A stretch of 64,000 bases of DNA. It comes from Balanoglossus misakiensis. Lineage: Eukaryota > Animalia > Hemichordata. The notes beneath the pieces were generated by a model. The model ran no database searches, was not told where the DNA came from, and was given only the letters and a program-made list of their open reading frames with translations. Where the stretch lies: positions 124,001 to 188,000 of the forward strand of contig JBECUI020000027.1 in assembly GCA_040954595.2 (NCBI GenBank), in the 5' to 3' direction. Both the position numbers and the translations under genes were made by a program. This document shows, piece after piece, positions 42,834 to 52,999 of the stretch; the stretch's first letter is position 1, and the number at the start of each line of letters is the position of its first letter.

Positions 42834-44612
42834 ATGACCCCCCTTTATCGCCTGCGGTTTCATCTAACGATGTACCTTCTGACGGCCACCTTTATGGGGT
42901 TGATGTTGGGATGTTCTTCTTTACCTGAACTGGTTTTAGATGATACAGCATTTCTGAATGACATGGTGAGAAATGTCTTGAGGGGACGAGAATTACTTAT
43001 TGGCCCAGAAGACTTAGAAGAAATTGACAAGCTTCTTTTAAGCCCTCTTGCTGATCATAGAAAAGCAGGTATCCTGCTCTCTGATCAGTCTAAAAATGCC
43101 GATCTGATAAAAAAAATTCCTCTCTTCACACTGGACCCCCATCCAGAAGTTGCCGCCCAAGCAAGAGAAATCATCCTCAAAGAAGCCAATATTTATCTTG
43201 TTTACCTTCTAAACAACCTGAACCACCACGATGTCCAAGTACGGCGGACCATGCTGAACCTCCTAAAAGAAATCGATTCTCCCTCTTTGCCATTTTTGCT
43301 TGTTTCCCTTTTTGGAAGCAATGACAAGCTTGTTCGGGAATCGGCAGCTCAAGCCTTCGCACAGACGGTCCCATCGCGGCATTTTCTCTTAAATGAAGCT
43401 TTGGAGGACGAGGATACTTTGATCAGGGGAACAGCCCTCACCGCACTGGCTTGGTATGACGACCCTGTTGTTATTTCTATTCTCATTGAAGCCTTTATGG
43501 ATGCTGACAGTGAAGTACGGAGCCAGGCCAAGTTTGCCGCATCCCGCCTAAAATCCAAGGCCCTGCCAGCACTGCATAGGACGGCCTTGCAGCTCCCGGC
43601 ACCCTATGAATTGCGATTAGCTTCCCTGGAAGTTGTTCAAGGGATCCACTCTCCCGAAAGTCTCCCTACCCTCCTCCTTCTTCTGGAAGATCCAGATAAA
43701 CGTATCAGGAACAAGGTGGGAACCATCCTGGAGGGCTATGGCCCCGAGACCATACCAGCTTTGAGCAAGATGTACAGCGAAGCTGGAGTTCACGAGATCA
43801 ATTTACGTCTTCATATCCTGCGCTTGCTGGGGAATATCAATGATGAGGAAGCTCTCCCCGTTCTTATCTCCGCCATCTTAGACACAGATCCCGCCGTGGA
43901 AAAAGAAGCCTTGAGGGGCCTTGAATCTCTAGGACCCAGGGCCCACGAGGCCCTAATGCCTCTTCTGAATCAGAAAGATGAAAAGTCCCAGGAGGCTGCC
44001 CTTCAGCTCCTTCTGAACGATGCCTCCCCAAGGCTTTATGAAGACATTGAAGGAATCAATTCCACAGGGATGCTCCTGCTATTTAAAAAAGCCTCTCCAC
44101 AGGAAATTCGGGATTACCTGATAGCCATTGCCGCACCCGCCTCCTACAGAGAGAACATTGGGAAACTCAAAGAGGCCTGGGACCTTGCCGAAGAATACCT
44201 CCTTCTCAAGGAAGAAATCGATTCAGGAAAAAATCCCTACCTCCAGGCCTCCCGCAAGCAGGAACTTCTCTCTGTACAATCCCGTCTTGTCCTTAAAGAG
44301 TCTTTCGATCTTCTCCACAGCTATTCTCAGACTCAGGATCCAACAATCCTGAAAGCCTCCAAAGAAACCCTGGCAGAAAGCCGCATCCTGGAGGAAGAGG
44401 CTCGGGAACAGAAAACAATCATGATGGAAATGAGCCAGGAAATAAGAGACACCGGCGAGAAAAAATTTCAGCGATACAGGGAAATCCAGGAAATCCTCAC
44501 CCTAACCTGGGAGCACACCATTGCCCCTCTGCTGCCCCTGGCCCAAAAAGTCTATGCCGAGCGAAACATCGACCCCGAATCCCTGGCCCTAAAGATCTTA
44601 CTTATTCGATAA
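42834..44612 (+). CDS. HEAT-repeat putative lipoprotein
   Basis: Hydrophobic leader with LMLG-C lipobox; repeated L...L.D.D..VR..A..AL motifs. Confidence 0.85.
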   Translation: MTPLYRLRFHLTMYLLTATFMGLMLGCSSLPELVLDDTAFLNDMVRNVLRGRELLIGPEDLEEIDKLLLSPLADHRKAGILLSDQSKNADLIKKIPLFTLDPHPEVAAQAREIILKEANIYLVYLLNNLNHHDVQVRRTMLNLLKEIDSPSLPFLLVSLFGSNDKLVRESAAQAFAQTVPSRHFLLNEALEDEDTLIRGTALTALAWYDDPVVISILIEAFMDADSEVRSQAKFAASRLKSKALPALHRTALQLPAPYELRLASLEVVQGIHSPESLPTLLLLLEDPDKRIRNKVGTILEGYGPETIPALSKMYSEAGVHEINLRLHILRLLGNINDEEALPVLISAILDTDPAVEKEALRGLESLGPRAHEALMPLLNQKDEKSQEAALQLLLNDASPRLYEDIEGINSTGMLLLFKKASPQEIRDYLIAIAAPASYRENIGKLKEAWDLAEEYLLLKEEIDSGKNPYLQASRKQELLSVQSRLVLKESFDLLHSYSQTQDPTILKASKETLAESRILEEEAREQKTIMMEMSQEIRDTGEKKFQRYREIQEILTLTWEHTIAPLLPLAQKVYAERNIDPESLALKILLIR

Positions 44613-44798
44613 ACCCATTAGGAAGAACCGCTTCATCCTCCTATCAATATTCAGAAGAAGCCTCAGCTTGAGTGAAAAGGCATAGAAGGGGAATTGCCCT
44701 CAGAGCAACAATAAGGGGAGAACCTCTCCAGTCTCAGTGCGCCAGAACTCAAAGAGTCCCAAGGATTAGAAAATTTGTTAGACGATGGGGGATAAATG

Positions 44799-44839
44799 AA
44801 AAAGGCTGTTCCTAAAAATTGATTAAAAGGAACAGCCTT
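44799..44839 (-). terminator. Intrinsic terminator after tRNA-Asp
   Basis: 12-bp stem AAGGCTGTTCCT/AGGAACAGCCTT with a T-run on the minus strand. Confidence 0.7.
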
Positions 44840-44847
44840 GGTACTAA

Positions 44848-44921
44848 CGGAGACGACGGGGATCGAACCCGCGATCCCCGGCTTGACAGGCCGGTGCGAT
44901 AACCATCTTCGCTACGCCTCC
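44848..44921 (-). tRNA. tRNA-Asp (GTC), CCA not encoded
   Basis: Acceptor GGAGGCG/CGTCTCC, anticodon arm CCGGC-CTGTCAA-GCCGG, T-loop GGTTCGATCCC. Confidence 0.97.
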
Positions 44922-44939
44922 AATAAACTTTAAGAGTAA

Positions 44940-44967
44940 ACTATAAAAAAAACTTCATATTAGTCAA
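44940..44967 (-). promoter_or_regulatory. Sigma70-type promoter of tRNA-Asp
   Basis: TTGACT-16 nt-TATAGT upstream of the tRNA. Confidence 0.65.
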
Positions 44968-45025
44968 GTACTGAAAAATTTTAGCCTCTCTTTTCCCCCT
45001 TTCAACTATAGATTAAAATTCTTTC

Positions 45026-46114
45026 ATGAATCCCCACCAACCCAAGACTGGTTCCGTCCGTCCTCCTCCGCTGCTTAGGTTTCTGCACTCCGAGGGACTC
45101 AGCTTGGCAGGAGTGGTCTCCTGGCCCCTTAACGACACTGAGGAAGCCGAGCGCCAAAGGCGAAGAGCAGCCTTGGAAACCTGGCTCTCCAAGGGCTACC
45201 AAGGACAGATGACTTGGTTGGAAAAGCACAAGGAGGCCAAATTTTCCCCCCAGACCGTTCTTCCCGGCTGCCGCTCAATTCTGGTGGTCGCCCTGAATTA
45301 CTACCGAGAAAACACCAAACCCCCTCCTTTCCCAGCAGGACGAGTGGCCCGATATGCCCGAGGACGAGACTACCACAAGGAGTTAGGAAGGCGCCTTAAA
45401 CGAATAGCCCGGGATTTAAGTAAACTCTACCCCGGTGAATCTTTCCGGGCCTTCACCGATGCCGGCCCTCTCCATGAAGTCTGGTTGGCCGAAAAGGCAG
45501 GATTGGTCTTTACGGGAAAAAACACCCTTGGTATCCATAATTTCCTCGGAAGTTGGCTCTTTTTGGGACATATTCTTTCTACAGTGAACTTCCCCCCCAC
45601 AGTCTCTTCACAACAAGGCGCCTGTCCCCAAAACTGCCAACGCTGCTTGAACATCTGTCCCACTGGTGCTCTGGAAGCACCCTACCGCATAAATGCAGCC
45701 CGATGCCTCTCCTACCTGACTATTGAACACCGGGGACCCTTTGATGAAGACCTGCGTCCCCTACTCGGCGATATGATATTCGGCTGCGATCTCTGCCAAG
45801 AAGTCTGCCCCCTCAATTACCGGCGGGAGATCACCGAAGTAAAGTCCTTTCTGCAGGATAAAGCCGGGACCTACCTGAATTTGGAAAAAATCCTGCGCAT
45901 TGAAACCCAGAAAGACTTCGTCGCCCACTTCGCCGGCTCCCCCCTGATGCGGACGGGCCGAGAAGGACTCATCCGCAACGCCTGCACCGTTGCAGCCAAC
46001 ATCAAGGCCTGGGAACTCCTGCCCCTGCTCCAGAAACTAGCCAGTGACCCCGACCCTGGCATCCGTGAACACGCCCAATGGGGCATTCGCCAGAAGGACC
46101 TGGAAAATGTATAA
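45026..46114 (+). CDS. queG: Epoxyqueuosine reductase
   Basis: GY.G.M.WL, VARYA.GRDYH, GLVFTGKN, GSWLFLG, C..C..C...CPT.AL, CLSYLTIE, FGCD.CQEVCP. Confidence 0.95.
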   Translation: MNPHQPKTGSVRPPPLLRFLHSEGLSLAGVVSWPLNDTEEAERQRRRAALETWLSKGYQGQMTWLEKHKEAKFSPQTVLPGCRSILVVALNYYRENTKPPPFPAGRVARYARGRDYHKELGRRLKRIARDLSKLYPGESFRAFTDAGPLHEVWLAEKAGLVFTGKNTLGIHNFLGSWLFLGHILSTVNFPPTVSSQQGACPQNCQRCLNICPTGALEAPYRINAARCLSYLTIEHRGPFDEDLRPLLGDMIFGCDLCQEVCPLNYRREITEVKSFLQDKAGTYLNLEKILRIETQKDFVAHFAGSPLMRTGREGLIRNACTVAANIKAWELLPLLQKLASDPDPGIREHAQWGIRQKDLENV

Positions 46115-46579
46115 AAGTCCTGCCCAAACAAAGCGTTGATTGGTATAACTTCCCGTGAATAAGTCTCTATAAAAAGAAACGCATACCGAAGAAAACTTAT
46201 CCTGAATTCAGATTGATACAACCCTTCACCGGCCAATTGCTTATACGGAATGGACACTCCATCAAGATTAGGAGAACTTGCAGCCATTCAAATACACACA
46301 TAGGACAATGTGCATTCACTGGACTCCTCAGGATTAGCTTTTGCCTTGTTTAATTTCTTGAATTAATGGGAAAGAAGCTTCTTGGACTCGGAACTGCCCA
46401 AACTAACAAAGCTAGATTCTCGTTACATATTCTTACAAGAACTCCAAAATCTCAGAGTACAGGACCACATGTGTCGACAGACTGAAGGATTTCTCTACGC
46501 GAGCGGCACTGTATTTCACAAGATGAAAATCCAGGACCTATCTCTTCCACCAGATTCGCAAGGCAAAAGCCCTCAGAAA

Positions 46580-47784
46580 TCAACCCAAGTCTTGCAGCTC
46601 AGCCTCCACAGGCTCAGACAACCCCGAAAGATTCACAGCCCTAACCCTGAAAAAAGTTTTTGGGGGCAGGGTTTTTCCTACATCCAGCGTAACGCTGTAG
46701 GTGGCTTCTCTCACCCAGGCCACAGGCATCCAATCCTCGCTTTGGGAGGTGCTGTATTCCACCAGGTAGCCCTCAATAGGATTGTTCCCCGACTCAGAAA
46801 GTACAGAAGCCGTCCACGATACCGTAAGGGTATCGGTTTTGCTGGCTGTATCGGTTTGTATCTCCGCCTTCAAGCCGCTAACGGCGGCGGGCAGAACAGG
46901 ATAGGGATGAAGGTGGAATTGAAAATCATGAGGGACACCGAAACTAATTTCCTCAAATTCGAACTCCAAACTCTTTCCGAACTGAGACTCCTTATTATTG
47001 TCAAAATACTCAACAGCATCAGATAGAAAAAACGAAGTGGCACCCGTATCATTGCTACGATTAAAAAGAGAAAAATCAATAACACCCGTCGCCCCATCAA
47101 GTTGTATAAGATCTACTCCCGTACCTCCGACATTGTAAAGGTGGGGTCCGATGTCAAAGAGAGCATAGAAGTTATACGTTGCCCTAGCTAATATGGGTTC
47201 CGACATGGAAATACGGACATCAAAAGCTCTTTTGGTCATCGTGGGGCTTACATCAACTTCAGTACTGTTCAAAGGAGTTATGGTAGCCTTATCCACCTCG
47301 GCAGTAAACGTTACCGGATCACCGGATTCGGTATCCCTCTGAACGCTTAAGCGATACAGATAAGAAGAATCTGCTTCTATGTCTGTATCGGTGTAAGTCT
47401 CGGTATCCGGTGGCAGGGTCGCAAGCGTGGTGTAGCTGGCCCCGGCATCGGAAGATTTCTCAAGCAGAAATCCCGTTTCATTAACATTGAGATCCTTCCA
47501 GGCCAGCTGCACACCCGCATCATCCATGGCATAGAGGCTGCGGAAACTCACAGGAGGCATCAGCGGGGCGGCAAAGGAATACAGGGACGGCGACGGGGAC
47601 GAACAGGAAAACAAGACTGATGAGAAGAGCAAAACAAGTAATATCTGTATCTGATGGGAAAATGTAGAGCCTCTTGGGGCTACTATCTTACATGCACGTG
47701 AGTGAGTGAGTGAGTGAGTGAGTGAGTGAGTGAGTGAGTGAGTGAGTGAGTGAGTGAGTTCTCCAACTTCTTCATATTATTCAT
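46580..47784 (-). CDS. Array B copy B1 (divergent terminal copy), variable FN3 lipoprotein; (ACTC)15, OFF
   Basis: RBS AGGAGG, ATG 47784; body ORF 46580-47632 with LFS-C lipobox and FN3 motif WKD...NETGF.LEKS...YTD......Y.YR. Confidence 0.9.
47700..47759. repeat. (GAGT)15 SSR
   Basis: Counted directly. Confidence 0.97.
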
Positions 47785-47819
47785 ACCATATTCCTCCTAG
47801 CAAAACATAAGTTAAGACT

Positions 47820-47848
47820 AGTATACCTGATACTTTCGGCATTGGCAA
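47820..47848 (-). promoter_or_regulatory. Sigma70-type promoter of B1 (repeated upstream of every B copy)
   Basis: TTGCCA-17 nt-TATACT; other copies have TTGTCA, TTGTCG or TTGCCA with the same spacing. Confidence 0.8.
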
Positions 47849-48166
47849 GACCCCGTTCATACAAGCCTACCCCAACGGTCTTAAAGCCGCAGAAAGGAAG
47901 CCCTCAGACCTCAGCCCAAAGCCTGCAGCTCAGCCTCCGCAGGCCCAGACAATCCCGAAAGATTCATAAGCCCTGCCCCTGGGAAAAAAGTTACCTAGGA
48001 CAGGGTCTTTCCTGCATCCAGCATAAAGCTGTAGGGGGCCGGGCGGTTTACAGCATAATTCCCTAACCTACACCGCCTGACATTCCTCAATAGAGCGGTT
48101 CCCCGGTTCGGAAAGAACCTGAAAATCCGCTCACCACAGCGGCCCCGCCAAAGGCCGCCGTCAGCA

Positions 48167-49390
48167 TTATGCCCCCGGCTGAATCTCTGTCTCTGCAAAT
48201 TCAGACAGCCCGGCAAGATTCACCGCGCTAACCCGGACAGACGCGTTCACAGGCAGAGTCTCGCCTTCCTGCAGCGTAACGCTGTGGGCGGTATCGCTGA
48301 CATAGGCCACCGGCATCCAATCCTCGCTCTGGGGGTTGCTGTATTCTATCAGGTAGCCCTCGAAGGGGTTGTTACCTAAATCGGAAACAGCTGGAGCTGT
48401 CCACGATACGGTAAGGGTGTCGGTTTTGCTTGCCGTATCGGTTTGGACCTCCGCCTTTAAGCCGGTAACGGCGGCGGGCGTGAGGGGGTATGGGTGGAGG
48501 TGGAATTGAAAAGAATGCGGTTTGGCAAAAAAAACTCCCTCAAATGCAAATCCTAATTTTTTCCCGAAGTAATCTTCCCTATTATTGCTGAAGTATTCAC
48601 CAGCATCCTGTATGTAGAAAGTACCACCCTTATCATCGCTTCGATTAAAAAGCGACATATCCATATCATTGGAAATATACTCTAGTTGTATTATTTTTAC
48701 TCCTATTATAATAGCGGCCTCATCATAGGGATAGGGGCCAATGTCAAACAGAGTATAGAGGTTATAAATTCCAGTTGTGAAGCCGGGGGGGAAAGGGGCG
48801 AAATAGGTAAAACGGACATCAAAGTCTTCCCTCGTCACTGTGGGGGCTATAGAAACGTCAAGATCGGGACTGATTGATGATGATGGAATTACGGTAGCCT
48901 CATCCACCTCAGCGGTAAACGTTACCGGATCACCGGATTCGGTATCCCTCTGAACGCTTAAGCGATACAGATAAGAAGAATCTGCTTCTATGTCAGTATC
49001 GGTGTAAGTTTCGGTATCCGGTGGCAGGGTCGCAAGCGTGGTATAGCTGGCCCCGGCATCCGAAGATTTCTCAAGCAGAAATCCCGTTTCATTAACATTG
49101 AGATCCTTCCAGGCCAGCTGCACACCCGCATCATCCATGGCATAGAGACTACGGAAACCCACAGGGGGCATCAGCGGGACGGTAAAGAAATACGGGAGAG
49201 GTGGCGACGGGGACGAACAGGAAAACAAGACTGATGAGAAGAGCAAAACAAGTAAAATCTGTATCTGATGGGAAACTGTAGAGCCTCTTGGGGCTACTAT
49301 CTTACATGTACGTGAGTGAGTGAGTGAGTGAGTGAGTGAGTGAGTGAGTGAGTGAGTGAGTGAGTTCTCCAACTTCTTCATATTCTTCAT
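48167..49390 (-). CDS. Array B copy B2, variable FN3 lipoprotein; (ACTC)13, in frame (ON)
   Basis: Continuous ORF MKNMKKLEN(SLTH)4SRTCKIV...LLVLLFSSVLFS-C from an AGGAGG-preceded ATG. Confidence 0.93.
   Translation of the reverse strand: MKNMKKLENSLTHSLTHSLTHSLTHSRTCKIVAPRGSTVSHQIQILLVLLFSSVLFSCSSPSPPLPYFFTVPLMPPVGFRSLYAMDDAGVQLAWKDLNVNETGFLLEKSSDAGASYTTLATLPPDTETYTDTDIEADSSYLYRLSVQRDTESGDPVTFTAEVDEATVIPSSSISPDLDVSIAPTVTREDFDVRFTYFAPFPPGFTTGIYNLYTLFDIGPYPYDEAAIIIGVKIIQLEYISNDMDMSLFNRSDDKGGTFYIQDAGEYFSNNREDYFGKKLGFAFEGVFFAKPHSFQFHLHPYPLTPAAVTGLKAEVQTDTASKTDTLTVSWTAPAVSDLGNNPFEGYLIEYSNPQSEDWMPVAYVSDTAHSVTLQEGETLPVNASVRVSAVNLAGLSEFAETEIQPGA
49314..49365. repeat. (GAGT)13 SSR
   Basis: Counted directly. 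Confidence 0.97.
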
Positions 49391-49776
49391 ACCATATTCC
49401 TCCTAACAAAACTTAAGTTAAGCCTAGTATACCTGATACTTACGACTTCGACAAGACCCCGTTCATACAAGCCTGCCCTGACAATACCCCAGCGGTCTTA
49501 AAGCCGAAGAAAGGAAGACCTCAGCCCAAAGCCTGCAGCTCAGCCTCCGCAGGCCCAGACAATCCCGAAAGATTCACAAGCCCTGCCCCTGGGAAAAAAG
49601 TTACCTAGGACAGGGTCTTTCCTGCATCCAGCATAGAGCTGTAGGGGGCCGGGCGGTTTACAGCATAATTCCCTAACCTACACCGCCTGACATTCCTCAA
49701 TAGAGCGGTTCCCCGGTTCGGAAAGAACCTGAAAATCCGCTCACCGCAGCGGCCCCGCCAAAGGCCGCCGTCAGCA

Positions 49777-50999
49777 TTATGCCCCCGGCTGAATCTCTGT
49801 CTCTGCAAATTCAGACAACCCGGTAAGATTCACCGCCCTGACCCGGACAGACGCGTTCGCAGGCAGAGTCTCGCCTTCCTGCAGCGTAACGCTGTGGGCG
49901 GTATCGCTGACATAGGCCACCGGCATCCAATCCTCGCTTTGGGGGTTGCTGTATTCTATCAGATAGCCCTCGAAGGGGTTGTTGCCTAAATCGGAAACAG
50001 CTGGAGCTGTCCACGATACGGTAAGGGTGTCGGTTTTGCTTGCCGTATCGGTTTGGACCTCCGCCTTTAAGCCGGTAACGGCGGCGGGTGTGAGGGGGTA
50101 TGGGTGGAGGTGGAATTGAAATTGAAATGCTACACTAAAAAAAACTCCCTGAAATAAAAATCCTAATTTTCCCCCGAAGTAATCCTTCCTATTATTGCTG
50201 AAATATTCACTAACGTCTTTCCGATAAATAGTACCACCCTTATCATTGCTGCGATTAAAAAGCGACGTATCTATATCATCATTGGAATTAGCAGTCAATT
50301 GTAGCATTTCTAAGCCAGTCGTGGCCCCATTGGGATCATAGGGATAGGGGCCAATATCAAACAGAGCATAGAAGAAATAAATTCCATCGTTGGGGGGGGA
50401 CAAAATGGTAAAACGGACATCAAAGTCTTCCCTCGTCACTGTGGGGGCTACCGTAACATCAAGACTGGTGCTTCTCGGAAGTACTGTGGCCTTATCCACC
50501 CGGGGGGTAAATGTCACTGGATCTCCGATTTCGGTACCTCTCTGAACGCTTAAGCGGTACAGATAAGAAGAATCTGCTGTTATGTCAGTATCGGTGAAAG
50601 TCTCGGTATCCGGGGGCAGGGTCGCAAGGGTGGTGTAGCTGGCCCCGGCATCGGAAGATTTCTCAAGCAGAAATCCCGTTTCATTAACATTGAGATCCTT
50701 CCAGGCCAGCTGTACGCCTGCATCATCCATGGCGTAGAGACTACGGAAACCCACAGGGGGCATCAGCGGGGCAGTAAAGGAATAGCGGGACAGCGACGGG
50801 GACGAACAGGAAAACAAGAATACCGGCAAGAGCAAAACAAGTAAAATCTGTATCTGATGGGAAAATGTAGAGCCTCTTGGGGCTACTATCTTACATGCAC
50901 GTGAGTGAGTGAGTGAGTGAGTGAGTGAGTGAGTGAGTGAGTGAGTGAGTGAGTGAGTGAGTGAGTGAGTGAGTTCTCCAACTTCTTCATATTCTTCAT
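49777..50999 (-). CDS. Array B copy B3; (ACTC)18, OFF from the true ATG
   Basis: RBS-linked ATG at 50999 is out of frame; the ORF-track TTG at 51018 lies upstream of the RBS. Confidence 0.85.
50903..50974. repeat. (GAGT)18 SSR
   Basis: Counted directly. Confidence 0.97.
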
Positions 51000-51392
51000 A
51001 CCATATTCCTCCTAACAAAACTTAAGTTAAGCCTAGTATACCTGATACTTACGGCATTGACAAGGCCCCGTTCATACAAGCCTGCCCTGACAATACCCCA
51101 ACGGCCTTAAAGCCGAAGAAAGGAAGCCCTCAGACCTCAGCCCAAAGCCTGCAGCTCAGCCTCCGCAGGCCCAGACAATCCCGAAAGATTCACAAGCCCT
51201 GCCCCTGGGAAAAAAGTTACCTAGGACAGGGTCTTTCCTGCATCCAGCATAAAGCTGTAGGGGGCCGGGCGGTTTACAGCATAATTCCCTAACCTACACC
51301 GCCTGACATTCCTCAATAGAGCGGTTCCCCGGTTCGGAAAGAACCTAAAAATCCGCTCACCACAGCAGCCCCGCCAAAGGCCGCCGTCAGCT

Positions 51393-52611
51393 TTATGCCC
51401 CCGGCTGAATCTCTGTCTCTGCAAATTCAGACAGCCCGGTAAGATTCACCGCGCTAACCCGGACAGACGCATTCGCAGGCAGAGTCTCGCCTTCCTGCAG
51501 CGTAACGCTGTGGGCGGTATCGCTGACATAGGCCACCGGCATCCAATCCTCGCTCTGGGGATTGCTGTATTCTATCAGATAGCCCTCGAAGGGGTTGTTG
51601 CCTAAATCGGAAACAGCGGGGGCTGTCCACGATACGGTAAGGGTATCGGTTTTGCTTGCCGTATCGGTTTGAACCTCCGCTTTTAGGCCGGTAACGGCGG
51701 CGGGTGTGAGGGGGTATGGGTGGAGATGGAATGGAAAAGTATAGGGAACACCTAGTAGGGATAAATCAACTCTAAATTCTGATCTCTTCCCAAATTGAAG
51801 CTTTTTATTATTGTCAAAATACTGAAGAACGTCCCGTGGATAAAACGTAGCCCCCTTATCGTGACTGCGATTAAACAGCGAGAACTCTATATCACCCGTT
51901 GGAACGTCAAGGTTTAAAAGTACTGATCCACTTCCTCCTTCATCGTAGAGGTAAGTACCGATGTCAAAAAGGGCATAGAAATAAAACTTAGGATTTGAAC
52001 CTATTGAAGAAGGATTCAAAACGGAAAAACGGACATCAAAGTCTCCCTTCGTCACTGTGGGGGCTACAGCAACATCAAGACTGGGGTTTGATGGAAGTAC
52101 GGTGGTCTCATCCACCTCAGCGGTAAACGTTACCGGATCACCAGATTCGGTATCCCTCTGAACGCTTAAGCGGTACAGATAAGAAGAATCTGCTGTTATG
52201 TCTGTATCGGTGTAAGTCTCGGTATCCGGTGGCAGGGTAGCAAGCGTGGTATAGCTGACCCCGGCATCTGAAGATTTCTCAAGCAGAAATCCTGTTTCAT
52301 TAACATTGAGATCCTTCCAGGCCAGCTGTACGCCTGCATCGTCCATGGCGTAGAGGCTGCGGAAACCCACAGGGGGCATCAACGGGGCGGCAAAGGAATA
52401 CCGGGGCAGCGACGGGGACGAACAGGAAAACAAGAATGCCGGCAAGAGCAAAACAAGTAAAATCTGTATCTGATGGGAAAATATAGAGCCTCTTGGGGCT
52501 ACTATCTTACATGCACGTGAGTGAGTGAGTGAGTGAGTGAGTGAGTGAGTGAGTGAGTGAGTGAGTGAGTGAGTGAGTGAGTGAGTTCTCCAACCTCTTC
52601 ATATTATTCAT
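51393..52611 (-). CDS. Array B copy B4; (ACTC)17, OFF
   Basis: Body ORF 51393-52451; true ATG 52611, offset 160 nt. Confidence 0.9.
52519..52586. repeat. (GAGT)17 SSR
   Basis: Counted directly. Confidence 0.97.
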
Positions 52612-52999
52612 ACCATATTCCTCCTAACAAAACTTAAGTTAAGCCTAGTATACCTAATACTTACGACTTCGACAAGACCCCGTTCATACAAGCCTGCCCT
52701 GACAATACCCCAGTGGCCTTAAAGCCGCAGAAAGGTAAAAAAAACATGGGTGATGCCGAAACTAACTTCCTCAAATTTGAATTGAGAACTCTTTCCGATT
52801 TTATCAACATTGTGTTTATACAGACTTTTCCCCCGAAGATTAAGGCTGGGGCAGAACCTTCAGGAAGGGGGCCAGGCGGTTTACAGGATAATTCCCTAAC
52901 CTACACCGCCTGACATTCCTCAATAGAGCGGTTCCCCGGTTCGGAAAGAACCTGAAAATCCGCTCACCACAGCGGCCCCGCGAAAGGCCGCCGTCAGCA

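Noticed and set aside
45871-47026. ORFs 45871-46287 (-) and 46382-47026 (+)
   Set aside because: They are largely antisense to queG and B1 and have no recognisable motifs
49777-51018. B3 as a second ON gene (413-aa ORF starting MLGGIWYEEYEE)
   Set aside because: That TTG lies upstream of the AGGAGG RBS and has no RBS of its own; the frame is open only because a single-base variant removes a TAA found in most other copies; the acidic N-terminus is unlike a signal n-region
51101-51115. GGCCTTAAAG motif shared by A repeats and B spacers as a common recombination site
   Set aside because: It is only 10 bp with variable flanks, and some B copies deviate (GGTCTTAAAG, GGCCTTAACG); support is insufficient
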